A stretch of DNA of 64,000 nucleotides from contig NC_043009.1 of NCBI RefSeq assembly GCF_006345805.1, positions 31,992,001 to 32,056,000 of the forward strand. The letters are read 5' to 3'. Below, piece after piece: positions 39,837-53,515 of the stretch. This stretch comes from Octopus sinensis (lineage: Eukaryota). A program made the position numbers and the translations under genes. Position 1 is the stretch's first letter. Every line of letters begins with the position of its first letter. A model generated the notes under the pieces. It was not told where the DNA came from. It did no database searches and saw only the letters and a program-made list of their open reading frames with translations.

Positions 39837-41234
39837 GGCAATATGTATATGTGTGTGTGTTTGTGCTTATATGTATATAAATATATACATATATGTTTGC
39901 ATATATGTATATATGTGTGTATGTGTGTATGTGTGTGTGTGTGTGTTTGTGTGTGTGCATGTGAGCACGCACTCAAACCTATGGATAGTACAGCCACGTT
40001 GTCCACAAAGTTTAAAACACATAAGTCATTACATAAGGAACCTCAGTTTGTTCTCAAGACAAAAACGATAGATTTATTGGTTCCTGCCATTCAAAATGTT
40101 GACCATAAATAATTATGTAACAGTAAAGTGTCCGTGTAAAAGAAAATGTGTTGCTATTAGAGTATCACATAGATGAGTTGTTTCGTTAATAGAGGAGAGA
40201 ATTAATTGCTGTTTTGTCCATATTTATAGTATGTTTGTTCATTAATTCCGTGTATATAACTATGGCATAAAATGTGGAGTGATGTCAATATGTCAGCAGA
40301 AATAAGATTTAGAAGGCTTTCATCTATGTAACCTACTTGTGTTGATTGTAATTAGCTTAGCCAATTAATGAATTGTCTGGTGATTTATTGTCAGAATTTC
40401 AAATCTTGCCTTGGTGAACTTAGCCTTATGTCTTCCTAAATTAATAAAATATGTAACACTGTGTCATGCTCTGTGAATTGTAGTTCTGTTGGTCCATCTT
40501 CTTAAATAATGGATTATTGAAACACATTTTGAGATTTATATTCATCTTGGGTGGTGATTCTGGAGCAGAATAAGCTCATCTTAATACATAAGAACATGAT
40601 TAAATATATCCTACCTGGGAATTAATTATTAATTGTATTATTTTATAAAAGCAAACTCTTAATAAAATTGTTAACTGTGCCTCTACACTGGCTTTAAACA
40701 TTTTTGGGGTAAATTGCAAAATACTTCAAGCAGGGATTGGGGCAAACACCAGAGATTTACTGGGCACAAGTCCTAATGTGGCCATTAAGCCCAATCTGGA
40801 ACTGTCCTTGCTAACAAATGCCGAGTCAGAAAGCATGAGATTGATGGTACAGGGCTGAAAGCCAAGGAATTACACTTATTCAAGTAAAATATATCTTCCA
40901 AGTGAATGCCACAAAGAACTGGAAGAGTTTATCAAAAGTGCAGAGAACAGAAATAATGAAGAGTAACACAATTCCTAGTTTCCAGAGCATTTCCAGCCAA
41001 AAATCTGTAAAGGACAAATGAAATATCTTTATGCTCAGTATCACAGGTATTGAGCAATTAATTAATTAAGTGATGAAGAGAGGAAAAGAGCCAACTTTAA
41101 GAATTGTATTGAAGAACTCCCCCGATCTAGAGACTCAGCAAAATTTCAGATGTGAGGTTTTCTGCTGCTTTCTCACTCTCACAAACTCAGATATACCTTA
41201 GAGAATTGGTCAACTGAGTTATGAGTGTAAGTAT

Positions 41235-41463
41235 TTATTTATTTATTTAATGCCCACAATGGGCTAAATATAGGCGGGACAAACAAGCACAGACAAAGGG
41301 ATTAAGTTGATTATATTGACCCCAGTACATAACTGGTACTTATTTAATCGACCCTGAAAGGATGAAAGGCAAAGTCGACCTCGGCAGAATTTGAACTCAG
41401 AATGTAACAGCAGATGGAATACTGCTAAGCATTTTGCCCGGCATGCTAATGCTTCTGCCAGTT
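41235..41463 (-). mobile_element. SINE family B
   Basis: Reverse complement of 53516-53748. Confidence 0.85.
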
Positions 41464-41677
41464 ATTGTAAATATTGTCTCCTCTATATTGTGAGGAATTG
41501 ATATAAAATTTGTCCTTGTACATAAATGTAAAAGGCCACACTTAATTTTAAAATTAAACATCTCAACCCACCCCACCCCACATCCACTTTACCCTTTCTT
41601 TTGCCCTTATCTCACCTTACTTTTACCTCATCCTTAACCTGAAATGAGGTTTTGGCCACCTAAATCCCAACTCTCTC

Positions 41678-42086
41678 TCTCTTTTACTCTTTTACTTGTT
41701 TCAGTCATTTGACTGCGGCCATGCTGGAGCACTGCCTTTAGTCGAGCAAATCAACCCCAGGACTTATTCTTTGTAAGCCCAGTACTTATTCTATCGGTCT
41801 CTTTTGCCGAACCGCTAAGTGACGGGGATGTAAACACACCAGCATCGGTTGTCAAGCAATGCTAGGGGGACAAACACAGACACACAAACATATACACACA
41901 CACTTATATATATATATATATACGACAGGCTTCTTTCAGTTTCCATCTACCAAATCCACTCATAAGGCATTGGTCGGCCCGGGGCTATAGCAGAAGACAC
42001 TTGCTCAAGATGCCACGCAGTGGGATTGAACCCGGAACCATGTGGTTGGTTAGCAAGCTACTTACCACACAGCCACTCCTGCACCT
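41678..42086 (-). mobile_element. SINE family A, full-length young copy
   Basis: Complete head, (TA)n middle and cttttact tail repeats. Confidence 0.9.
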
Positions 42087-42104
42087 AATAGAGGATATCT
42101 AAAT

Positions 42105-42420
42105 ATTCTTTTTATTTTTCTAGTCCTACTGTTGTTATTTTATAGTAGTTCTCTATCTGTATCAGGCCATGATCTCCTATTCAGCAGGGTTGACATATTC
42201 TGTCCATATCTACTTTGGGGTAATGACTTTGATGTGCTGCTAATAGTTTTCTCATTTTCCATTTAAGTTTCTTAATTCCCTGATCTTCCAGTTTATTATG
42301 TTGAAGCTGTAATTTATGATTACTATGGCTACTGTCTTTATGCATATTATCTTATTTTTAGCATTGAGTTCAGTTTTTAATATTAGTCTAACTCTTCTGT
42401 AATATTCTCTTCTAATTTTC
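42105..42420 (-). mobile_element. R4/Dong-like LINE fragment (post-RT region)
   Basis: KIRREYYRRVRLILKTELNAKNKI..RKLLAAHQSHYPKVDMDR..GLIQIE. Confidence 0.75.
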
Positions 42421-42608
42421 ATCTATTTCTAGACATTCGTATGGGTGATTGTGGTCTGATTCTCTCATTTCTGTGTCTATGTCATCTAATATAAGACAAA
42501 TTAATCAGCACTGAAATATTACAGCAGACGAAATACCACTAAGCATATCGCCCACCTTACTAATGAGTCTGCCAGCTTGCCGCCCTAATAATAATAATAA
42601 TAATAATG

Positions 42609-42648
<40 letters not shown>

Positions 42649-42951
42649 GGAATTACACTTATTCAAGTAAAATATATCTTCGAAGTGAATGCCACAAAGA
42701 ACTGGAAGAGTTTATCAAAAGTGCAGAGAACAGAAATAATGATGAGTAACACAATTCCCAGTTTCCATCTTAGTGGTATTTCGTCTGCTGTAATATTTCA
42801 GCGCTGATTAATTTGTCTCATCTTAGTGTCACTTTGATACATTTGTCCAATCCCATTAATATCATCATCATCATCATCATCATTATTATTATTGTTGTTG
42901 TTATTATTATTATTATTATTATTATATTATTATTATTATTATTATTATTAT

Positions 42952-43180
42952 TAGGGCGGCAAGCTGGCAGAATCATTAGTAGGGTGGGGGATAGGCTTAG
43001 TGGTATTTTTCGTCTGCTGCTACATACTGAGATCAAATTCCACTGAAGTCGACTTTGCCTTTCATCCTTGGGGGTGGGGTGGGGGCGATTAAATAAGTAC
43101 CAGTTATACACTGGGGGTCAATGTAATCAACTTAATCCCTTACCCCAAATTCGAGGCCTTGTGCTTCCAGTAAAATGGAT
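42952..43180 (+). mobile_element. SINE family B
   Basis: ggcggcaagctggcagaatcattag..gtcgactttgcctttcatcc. Confidence 0.8.
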
Positions 43181-43193
43181 TATTATTATTATT

Positions 43194-43606
43194 GTCTTTG
43201 CACAGCTTGTAATGCTGAAGATGTACTACGGTGTCAGTTGTTCACTACCAGTGAACTAAGGTAACACCTCTTATTTTTTAAACACCATCTAGAGTATTGA
43301 AGCGGTTCCAAGCAGTGCTGTTTTCTGCAAGTGCTCCACCCTTATTGCAGCCCCTATTTCTTCCACTTACTTCTCAAGATTTTTGCTTACTGTTCCCAGG
43401 GTTCTGACAATTATTGGTACCACTACCACCTTTTTCATCGACCACAACTGCTTAACCTCCCAAGCTAACCTGTTATATCTATCAACTTTTTTTCCTTCCT
43501 TATCGCATACCTTGTTGTCAGCTGGGCATGCTATATCTATGATCCAGCATTGTTTGCTTTCTTTCTCAATTAAGACTATGTCTCGTTTCCTATTCTCTGT
43601 CTCATT
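43194..43606 (-). mobile_element. R4/Dong-like LINE 3' end (restriction-like endonuclease) embedded in (TAA)n
   Basis: RDIVLIEKESKQCWIIDIACPAD..KVDRY..LWSMKKVVVVPIIV..LGTV; flanked on both sides by tta repeats. Confidence 0.85.
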
Positions 43607-43631
43607 AATGTTATTATTATTATTATTATTA

Positions 43632-43666
<35 letters not shown>

Positions 43667-43673
<7 letters not shown>

Positions 43674-44036
43674 TCCGCCTTAGTGAAGGTGGAGGTATTG
43701 TTTTCAGTCATGTTTGTTTGTTTGTCTGTGGACAAGATATCTCAAGAACCGCTGGATGGAGTCGAATGAAACTTTCAGGCTTGTTTGGCCTCATGACTGG
43801 CAGAAACTGATTAGATATTGGGATCGATCTGGTAATGGACAAAGCTCTGAATTATTTTTCTGGGTTTTTTTTTACTTAAATTTTGAGAGGGGTCGGGTTC
43901 ATTTTTAGTATTCTGATTTGTGAGAGCAGCCGAGTTTATTTCAGATATTCTCATTTTAAAAACCCTCTCTGGCTAATTGTTGAGAGGACATTGGTGTTGC
44001 CTTGGTGGAGGTTTATGCTCTCTGAGTGCTCTTGTT
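43667..44036 (+). mobile_element. Helentron-associated non-autonomous element (HINE/DINE-like)
   Basis: ttattacctccgcc.. subterminal IR ..cttggtggaggt; (gttt) microsatellite; 3' hairpin gctctctgagtgc followed by tt. Confidence 0.75.
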
Positions 44037-44849
44037 ATTAATATTTTTGTTGTTGTTGTTACATTTTTGCCTTTTTGAGTTTTGGGGGTCAATAATATAA
44101 AGTACCTGTCAAGTACTGGCTGTGATATAATCTACTGAACTCTCCTTGCTAATGTCTGAACTTGTGTCTAACTTCAAAGTAATTGTTGATGTTGTTGATA
44201 TTGTTGCTGTTGTTGTTGTTGTTGTTGTTGTTGCTGTTGTTGATATTGTTGCTGTTGCTGCTAATGGATGTATTTATCTTTATTTACAATGTCAGCAACT
44301 GTGATGTTATATAGAATGTTGATTTTATATTTTACATAAGTTAGTTGGTAAAATTATCTGATTGAAATAATATCTCAAAGGAAGAATTCTGTTTTGGTTC
44401 ATCTCTTGAAACTAAAAAAAAAATATATATATACTTGAAATAATGGTAACTTAGATTGGCACCGATAACAAAGATATTGAAAGATGGTATTTACTTGCCT
44501 GTAGAAGAATAAAAATTTAAAAAATCAATAAAAAGACTTATTTATATTTGACAAAATATCACTACCCACGCAAAACAAAGGACTCTAAACTGCTGTGTAA
44601 GAAGACAAACAGACAATTATATATTAGATTGTTTTTATCGATTTCTGTAATTGGACCACAGCCATTCTGGAGCACCACATTCGACAATTTAGTAGATAAT
44701 GTTGACCCCCGTATTTATATATTTTAATCATTTTACCACCTGTTTTAAAATCTGAATTGCAAAGTATAGGTAGCAGAACAGAACCACTCACATGAAGTTT
44801 GCTTGCCTCTCTCTCTTGCTCTCATGCACACATATGCGAATATGTTTAT

Positions 44850-44942
44850 ATCATCATCATCATCATTTAAAGTCCATTGTCCATGCTGGCATGGGCTGGA
44901 TGCATTGATCAGAGCTGGCAAGATAGTCAAACCATTTATCCA

Positions 44943-44978
<36 letters not shown>

Positions 44979-45250
44979 CAGCAGCAGCAGCAGCATAGAT
45001 TAGATAGTTTGACCGGGGTCTGGGAAGCCAGGAGGCTGCACCAGGCTCCAGTCTGATCTGGCAGAGTTTATATAGCTGGATGCCCTTCCGAACACCAAAC
45101 ACTCCTTGTGTATTGTGGGTGCTTTTTACATGCCACCGGCACAGGTGCCAGGGGAGGCTGGCAATGGCCACGATCAGTTGCAGCTTATTATGTGCCACCG
45201 GCATGGAAGCTAGTCAAGGTGGCGCTGGCATCAGCCATGTTCGGATGGTG
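44850..45250 (-). mobile_element. RTE-tail-derived repeat (family C), interrupted by (TA)n
   Basis: catcatcatttaa..ccatgctggcatggg..ctggatgcccttcc..gctttttacatgccacc. Confidence 0.7.
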
Positions 45251-45273
45251 CTCTTTGCGTTCCACTGCATCGA

Positions 45274-45395
45274 CTGTGGACAGTCACCCAGAGTGAGCTC
45301 TGGTCACCATAGCGTCGACTGTTGGCTGGTAGCTGTGGACAGTCGCCCAGAGTGAGTTCTGGTCGCCATAGCATCGACTGTGGGCTGGTAGCTGT
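45274..45395 (+). repeat. 59-bp tandem repeat, ~2 units
   Basis: ctgtggacagtc(a/g)cccagagtgag at 45274 and 45333. Confidence 0.9.
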
Positions 45396-46366
45396 ATTAT
45401 GCAATCTAACCTCCGATAAGCTTGTCTACGCTTGCAAAAAGGCTTTTATGATATTTATCAAATAATAAATCAGCAACCATTTTGTCTACAGATTACTATT
45501 TTAGAGATAACCACAACAATTACTGCTTTTATGTCGAGCAATTAATAGATGCTTATGCCTGGAACCAGAGGATGGCCCTAAAGGCAATAAAAAGGGAAGA
45601 GATTTTGTTATTATCGACAACAAAAATGTGACCTTGTGGGAAATGGAACCCTATGCTAAGGAAAAGAAAATGGTTATTTTCTTGAGCTAAGTTAGACAGA
45701 TTTATCAAAATCAAAGTGTAACAAAGCACGTTACAATAGATTAGATATAATCATGTTTATAGGAACTGATTGGAGGAGATGTGAAGAAGCAAAACCACCC
45801 TTGTATGAAGTAAATCATAATAAACCACAAAGAATATAGTAACGAAAAAATAGAATAACACATTTACACTTCATTAATGTTCTCCCGTTCAGACTCCCTT
45901 TGTGGCTTTCTAGGCTCACAAAAATTATATAAGGTATTTATTACCAATTTTCTATTACATTTCCTTACGTTTTATAAAGTCATTTATTTTTAGTATGTAC
46001 TTTTATTTTCTATTTAGCTCTGACTTCTATCTACACCCAGCCATACCTGCGCCTAAATATTCCTGCATCTAGTTTTGTTAGTAAAAATTCATTTCTATAT
46101 AATTCCATTAAAACCGTCCACAACTCCTTTCCATTTGTTAGAATTTCGTGCAATAACCTTTGTGGTTCTCATGGTTCGTTGCTGGAAACATATTGCGTGA
46201 CACAGTTTCAAATAGAATTTCGTTCGAAGTACACTTGTGAGAGGAATAATACTTGCACAAATATTCACTGAGTCAAAAGACTGAATATCTTATCGCGAAG
46301 ACCAACGTAGAACTCATTAACTTCACGACATAATTTCCATCCAATTTTTTTAATACTATAATATCA

Positions 46367-46400
46367 CTAGCAGAGATACCCAGCGTTGCCCGTGTTACAT
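46367..46400 (-). mobile_element. Helitron-like 3' terminus
   Basis: a|ctagcagagatacccagcgttgcccg resembles the 34912 terminus. Confidence 0.5.
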
Positions 46401-47099
46401 ACAATTGAAGAATTAAACGTTTCTGTTATATTTTCTCTAATGAACTGGAATATCTATGTTTCGAATTTCATCAAAATTGCAGATGAGGGTTATTTCCCTC
46501 TTTACACACCCTAAAAACATTGTAATCATGACACATGTATCCCATACTACTGATTTTTATGTGCATATTCCAAAATTCCAGTCTTATTGAACCTGTTAAA
46601 AAGATTTTGTTCCTGAAAAATGAAGGTCATGGAGCTCTAAAATGTGAGAGTTAAGGCCCCTGTTGGGGGTGGGCATCTTAATGTCAACCAGAGAAGTTGA
46701 ATTTATGAGAATCTTTTTAACTAGGGTCTTATATCTATTGTTTGAATTTCTTTGAAATAGGAAATATATGTTCACTGGGTTTGTAAAAGAGAGCAAAGCT
46801 ACAGGAAACCAAAAGACGAATGATCACAATAAGCAGTCAGTTACCCCACCCTAGTTGTTACCACTCCCAATGTAGGATTCCTCACCATTCAAGTGACAGG
46901 CACAGCCGTAAGATGCATTATGAATCTATAGCAATTGGAAGGGCGTGACCCAACTGAAATAAACATTAACAACTGACGTAAGGGCTAAGGAGAAATGAAA
47001 GTGTCACCTCTGGAGTTTGCAAATGACCACTATACTGATACGTAACTGGACAGAATAAATTTACAATCTATTAATGTCTTTGAATAACCAGTCACTTAC

Positions 47100-47165
47100 C
47101 TGGGTTGGCTTTGAAATCAATGTTATCATCTGGGGACTATGTGTGACTGAGTGATAATAAAAAGA
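47100..47165 (-). CDS. candidate 66-nt exon (SFYYHSVTHSPQMITLISKPTQ)
   Basis: Acceptor ctcctttcag|, donor cag|gtaagt; phase 0-0 is the only open frame. Confidence 0.25.
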
Positions 47166-49862
47166 CTGAAAGGAGGTCTGCAATCAAATAACTTTACTCA
47201 ACACTTTGCAACTGAATCAGTGGAGGCAAAGATGCCTCTCATTTACTTGACAATTTATGCACCACATTGCAGAAATCACAATGTAAGTGTATGTCAAAGC
47301 AAATGTTACACTGTTGTACCATTGAATTAGAAATAATGCTCAACTTTTATGCTCGGGTAACCCTACAGCCTCCAAGAGCACAAGTGTATTTGATTGTAAT
47401 GGCTTTGTAAAGGCATGCAGACTCTGTATGTTTTAAGATACAGGATACTGTTTTGAAGCTTCACCTGAAGCACATACTGGGTTTCGGGAGTTGGGGTGAC
47501 ACAAGATTTACAAAACCACAACAATTAATAGCAATGTTATCCACTTCAAATACTTAAGCCAATGAGGGAGTCTCATATGGGTCACTTGAATTGTTAGAAA
47601 TAGCAACCTTATCTTTCTCAAATCAGACTTGCCCATATTCAAAAAGAACATGTGAGAATAAGTGGCCAAGAGTTAATTATTATCATCATCATCATCATCG
47701 TTTAACATCCGTTTTCCATGCTAGCATGGGTTGAACGGTTCGACCAGGATCTGTGAAGCTAGAAGGCTGCACCAGGCTCCAGTCTGATCTGGCAGTGTTT
47801 CTACAGAATTCTATAGAAGAAACCTATTGAGTGGTCATGGTTGGAATGTGTTTCATCTTTAGACTGTTGAATTAGGGTTGATCTGGAATGAAACAAAAAA
47901 CAACAACAGCAATAACAGCACCTTGATTAGTGACAACTTTTAGCTATTTCATAATTAACACATTCAATCCAATCTGTTCTTAATTGTTTAACTAATCAAT
48001 GCAAGTTTATATCATCTGGAGGTGGACAAGGATATTGAGAGCAACAATTTTAGATAAGGATTAAGAACTTTTAATATTATTAGTAAATAGCACGAACATT
48101 TTAACTTTCAAATCCTACCAAAACTTAATTTCACACTTGTGGGGCCAGTATGATAGCTTCCTTCATTGTTTGCGATAATTAGTTAGAAATCTGGATCCCG
48201 TTTGATATAACGAATCTCTGTTTCACCTTCAAGTGTTCAATCAGTTGTCTTTATTTGTGCTTTAGGTTTGTTTGACCAGAGTTGACCTTGGCTATTCTAC
48301 AACTACAAAACAACAACAACATGCAACTTGACCTTATTAACAACAAGTTATTCCCCTCCTTTTCCCATCAATGAACGAAGCTCCTGAAATATATATTTCA
48401 TCCAATGTTATTAATCTTTGATTTTGCAAGTCCTATATTAATGTTGATGATTCGGCCATTTATGAAAGCTGAAATGATTCGAAAATACATTATGTAACTA
48501 GCTGAATCATTGATCTGTCTTCTAAGACCAATCTATTTATATATCGGCAGCAGGCAATACAATGAAACCTTTACAAGGTATGAGGATTAACATTTATCTA
48601 ATTATTGATAAATGACATCTTACTGTTTAAAGTTGATTTTCTTTTCATTTCGTTTCATATAAGATTCAATTCTAACTACTGACACATTTGATAATGATAA
48701 ATGTCTCCAGAGGTCACAGTGGATCAGAAAGCAGATACTTATATCAGGACTTGGTTACTGTGAACCATATATCAGATATACTTCACCAAGGATACAATGA
48801 AAATCAGTGACCTGTAACATCCTTCAATCTAATACATGTTTCCCACTGTTGCAGTAAAATTGGAGTGTAGAATTAAGTGCCCTGCCTAAAGCTCTAGCAC
48901 ATTCTTACAACAAATATAAGTTCTTGACAATTATTATCTGATGAACTAAAACCTTGAGCACTTTGTTGTTTTCAGGTTCTTTTTTTCTCTTTTTCTTTTA
49001 TCACTTTCACAATTACCAGCGAAGATAAGTGTCTTAGAGATTAGATGTTCTGTTCATGGTCATAGGTCGTGGGGTCAGTTCTTGAACTGGGTGGCTTGTT
49101 GGGTTCTTAAGCAAGACACTTCCTTTCACATTGCTCTAGTCCAGTCAACTGAAAAGAAATACCAGCCCAGTTATGGTGCAGCCCCCCTCTCTCTCCCTCT
49201 CTATCTCTGCCTCCCCCCTCCCCCCTCTTTTCCCTCTTTCTATCTCACGCATCCCTCCTGCAGATACATCCTAGTGTTTCACTGTGCCAAGGAAGATTGG
49301 GAAGGCCAAGACAATGTCTACACTTGCTCCCAATTCTATAGACACCAGAAGCAATTAACAAAAGAGTGGTACATTCTACAAGGACATACTCACTATGAGG
49401 TTTTGTCTGTCCCTTCAATAATTGCCAATAAGTGTGCTAAGATTCAATTTAAAATTGCACTTGCAGTTGATGTAGTCTTTGGTGAACTTCTCTGTCTGAT
49501 TATATTCAGTTGTCATGCCAACTCTTATCCATTATTGTACAACTCTATACTGGTCCTCTGCATGTTTTACTTCACTGATGAAGTCAAATAAGAGTGGAAC
49601 ATGTCTACAGTTGCCACTATGCAAGCCAAAAGTCAAATTAAATTAACATCTTTCTTGAAGCTAATATTATTTTTATCATATTGCTACATGTAAAATTTTG
49701 ATTGAAATAAATCAAAATTTCATAGGATTTGCCTTGTTATTATGGGTAATGAGTCAGTTTATATTTCCCTTCTCTCACTGTAAAGGTGTATAAATAAAGT
49801 GAAATAGTTTTCACTCACTACTCTTCTGAAGACATTTCTAAACACTGATGTATCATCAGAAA

Positions 49863-50751
49863 TGGTGGTTCTCAACCAGGGTTCATATATGGCCCTTGGA
49901 GGCCATTTAAGGGTTTGTTGTTAAGATTTTTAGGCAATAAATTGAGTATACTCCTATGTTACACAAAATATTCTTTGAATATTTTTTTACAGGCAAAGGC
50001 ATGGTTATGTGGTAAGAAGCTTGCTTCTCAACCACGTGGTACTAGGTTCAGTCCCACTGCATGGCACCTTGGGCAAGTGTCTTCTGCTATAGCCTCAGGC
50101 TATATGTATATATAGAGAGAGAGCAATAAGAAAATGAAGGGGATTAATAGGTGGTATTTATCAACTTTTAGACATTTTCCCTCCATTTTCTTATTGCTCT
50201 ATAAATTAATGGTAAAATGACTCTTTATCCTTACCCATTTATTACACTTGGTGATATAATTGCCATGCAATAAAAAAAACACTTGTGTATTAATAATTGG
50301 ATATTATACCAGCAGTATACTGGATAGATATTAAGATATTATCCCGTAGTTGGTTGGATTCACAACCTCTAACTTTCTTGGAATTAATATATATATATAT
50401 ATATGTGCATTTCTTTGTGTCTGTGTTTGTTCCCCAACCATCACTTGACAACCAATGTTGGCATGTTTACATCCCCATGACTTAGTAGTTCGGCAAAAGA
50501 GACCCCCAATAGAATAAGTACCAGGCTTACAAAGAAGTCTTGAGGTCGATTTCTTCAACTAAAAGGCGGTGCTCCAGCATGGCCACAGTCAGATGACTGA
50601 AACAAGTAAAAGGATATACAATTCTTAATAATATTTAATTATAAAAATATTTTAGTTTTTTTTTTAAACATTGAATGGTTACAAGGGTTCAGTAGAGTAA
50701 AATTAAAATCAAAGGGGTCCACATGGAAAAGAAAAGGGTTGAGAACCACTG
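49863..50751. mobile_element. hAT/Charlie-like MITE with nested SINE A and a fold-back fragment
   Basis: TIR gtggttctcaacc / ggttgagaaccactg; SINE A pieces ~49995-50100 and ~50410-50612; IR at ~50120-50200. Confidence 0.7.
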
Positions 50752-51839
50752 ATCTTAAGGGTCAGAAGTTCCAGTCCTTAACATCACATAAAATACAGTT
50801 CTTGTGAAATTGCACTTATTGATTGAGTAGCTGCAAGTTTACTGGTGCTGGTTTATAATTTACTGATCAAACCAACGGATTTTCTGGTAAAGTGTGACTG
50901 GACAATTTGGATAAAAGATTAAAAATAAAATCATACCATCTGAAGATGAAACCAGTTTGTAAATTCAGCCAATTATAAATGGCTAAATTTACAAACTGGC
51001 CAATAGGGAAGAACAGGCAGAGGAAAAGGCTGTCAAGTGAACATACATGCACAAACACATACATGTACAACAGACAAACACTAGGGTATGATAAGGTTAG
51101 AAAGCAGGGGTGGGGGAATAGAAAGAAAAGAAAGAGGTGGACAAATGGAGAAAGAAGGGAGAAAAGGGAAAAAGTAGAGAAAGAAAGAAAGAAATAGCAA
51201 AAGTCAGAAAGAGAGTGAGAAATTATAGGAGAAAGAGGGAAAGAGTACAAGGAAAGAAGAAGGAAAAGGAAGAAAATTTAGAGAAGAAAGGAAGAATTAG
51301 AGGGATGCAGGTCAGTGAAGAAGCTAGTGATTCATTAGTATTTTCTTGGAGAGAATGAATCATAAGATAATAGAGATGGAAATAGTAATGTCTGAAATAT
51401 TTTGGTTTGGTAGATTTGTACTAAAGATCAGGATTATACAACATCTACCTTTGATATTTAGAGCTGAGTAAGAGATTTGATGTGTATATTTCTGTTTAAT
51501 GTAGAACAAACAAGCTTGAACAGAAATTGATTCATATGAATGAATATATTATATATGAATGTGTAGATGTGTATGTGAGTGTATGTGTGTATATATGTTT
51601 GTATATATACATGAATGCATATATGAATGTCTAGATGAGTATAAGCATGTACACACATGAATATATAGATACATATATGTGTGTGTGTGTGTGTATATAT
51701 ATATATGTATATATGTATATATGTGTATATATATATAAGTTACTGCCGTGTATGTATGTGTGTGTATAGCCGCTCAGTGCCTCTCCGAAAGAGAGAGAGG
51801 GTATATATGTATATATGTATATATGTGTATATATACGTT

Positions 51840-53017
51840 TAAATATTTGTTGTGCAAGATTTTTTATGTGAAGTCGTGTGTTGAAACAGATATTGTTATA
51901 TTTCGGAATGGTCATATTGCCAGTTTAGCCAATAAAAAATAGCTATCCTTTTAGTAGAACTCTCTGTACGGATAACTATTGCACTGTATGTAGATTAGCC
52001 CACAAACGAACTGTAAAGCCAGAAATGTGGTCTATAGTATAAGATGTATAGAGGGACGATGCAGTAACAAGACAGTACATACGTAGGGGAAACTGCAAGA
52101 AGCATTGGTGAGCGGGTGAATGAACATTGGAGACAACTCAGGAAGGTAAAAGCGCATCGATTCTGTACCAACACGCCGAACAAGAACACGGGGGATCAAT
52201 CAATAACATAGAGATTAAGATATTGTCCACACATAGAACAGATGCACAATTAGACAAATTACAGAAGCTACACATATAATAGAAAATAAACCTAGCCTGA
52301 ATAGAAAACTAGAATGGAGCAATAGCGCACACCACAACATATGACAATGGTGGATCCTGCAAACATAATAATACACAGGTAATGAAAGAAATAAAAATGA
52401 ATATCTATATATGTATGTGTATATATGTGTATATGTATATGTGTATATATGTGTGTATATATGTATATATATATATGTGTATATGTATGTATATATATAT
52501 GTATATTCTTTTTATTTATTTATTTATTTATTTATTTTTCGATTAGATTTATTATTATTATTACTAATATTGTTGTTATACATACATACAAGCATATGTA
52601 ATGATAATAATGGGTGGATGTAAACACATGAACAAAATTAGAACAAAAGCAACAACAACAAAAACAAAATACAAATTACAAGAATGTATATAACCAGAAG
52701 ATACAAAATATCACAGGCATCCCCCCCACACACACACTAAATAAACATAGACGCACATAGAGATATAAGCATGCGGAAATGAAGACATACAATAGAAATA
52801 CAAAATGGCTGACGGTTAGTAAGGAGAGACACAAGTAAGTGAGAAGAAAACAAAGGACCACTGATGCGGTCACAGGAGTGTGACGAAAGAACTTTGGCCG
52901 AAATAAGATTAAGATTAATGTAAAAAAAATATCACTGAAGCAAAATAACACCAATATATAGTGCGGTGTTTTTATTGGCTAAACTGGCAATATGACCATT
53001 CCGAAATATAACAATAT
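51840..53017 (+). mobile_element. Penelope-like element: GIY-YIG endonuclease remnant, pLTR and inverted terminal copy
   Basis: CKARNVVYSIRC..TYVGETARSIGERVNEH..QITEATHIIENKPSLNRKLEW (~52012-52343, with 1-nt frameshifts); perfect 49-bp IR 51890-51938/52969-53017. Confidence 0.9.
52855..52899 (+). ncRNA. degenerate hammerhead in the Penelope pLTR
   Basis: ggacca-CTGATGC-g-gtcaca-ggag-tgtgac-GAAA-gaac-tt-tggcc; A9>C. Confidence 0.65.
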
Positions 53018-53037
53018 GTGTATATATATATATGTAT

Positions 53038-53075
<38 letters not shown>

Positions 53076-53515
53076 ATATATATATATGTATATATATATG
53101 TATATATATATATATGGTTATACACACACACACATATATATATATATACATATACATATATACATACAGACAGAAAATGTTGATGATCGCGTAGCTATGC
53201 ATTTATATGTATCTATCATATATACATATGAACTTAAGTATATCCATATATGTAATTTAGTGGTGAGAAGTTACTAACATCTATAACTGTGCAGTTAACA
53301 TAAGTTTGACAGATGTCGAGGCTGTGATGTAGTTGGCAATAAGAAGGGAGGGTATCCAAGCACAGAAATCAATCCTAATGACACATACATACGAGTACCA
53401 AGATCACAGTGAGAAGATGCTCAAACCATGATGACACATTGAACACTCGTTCCAACATAGAAGATAGAGGCAAAAATGATTACATGCATGTGTATATATA
53501 TATATGTGAGTGTAA

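Noticed and set aside
45460-45800. Decayed DNA transposase remnant (GKWNP-like motif)
   Set aside because: Too degraded; no clear TIRs or TSD identified
49571-49610. ctgatga-agtc..gagt-ggaa-catgtc hammerhead-like string
   Set aside because: GAAA and helices I/II are too disrupted
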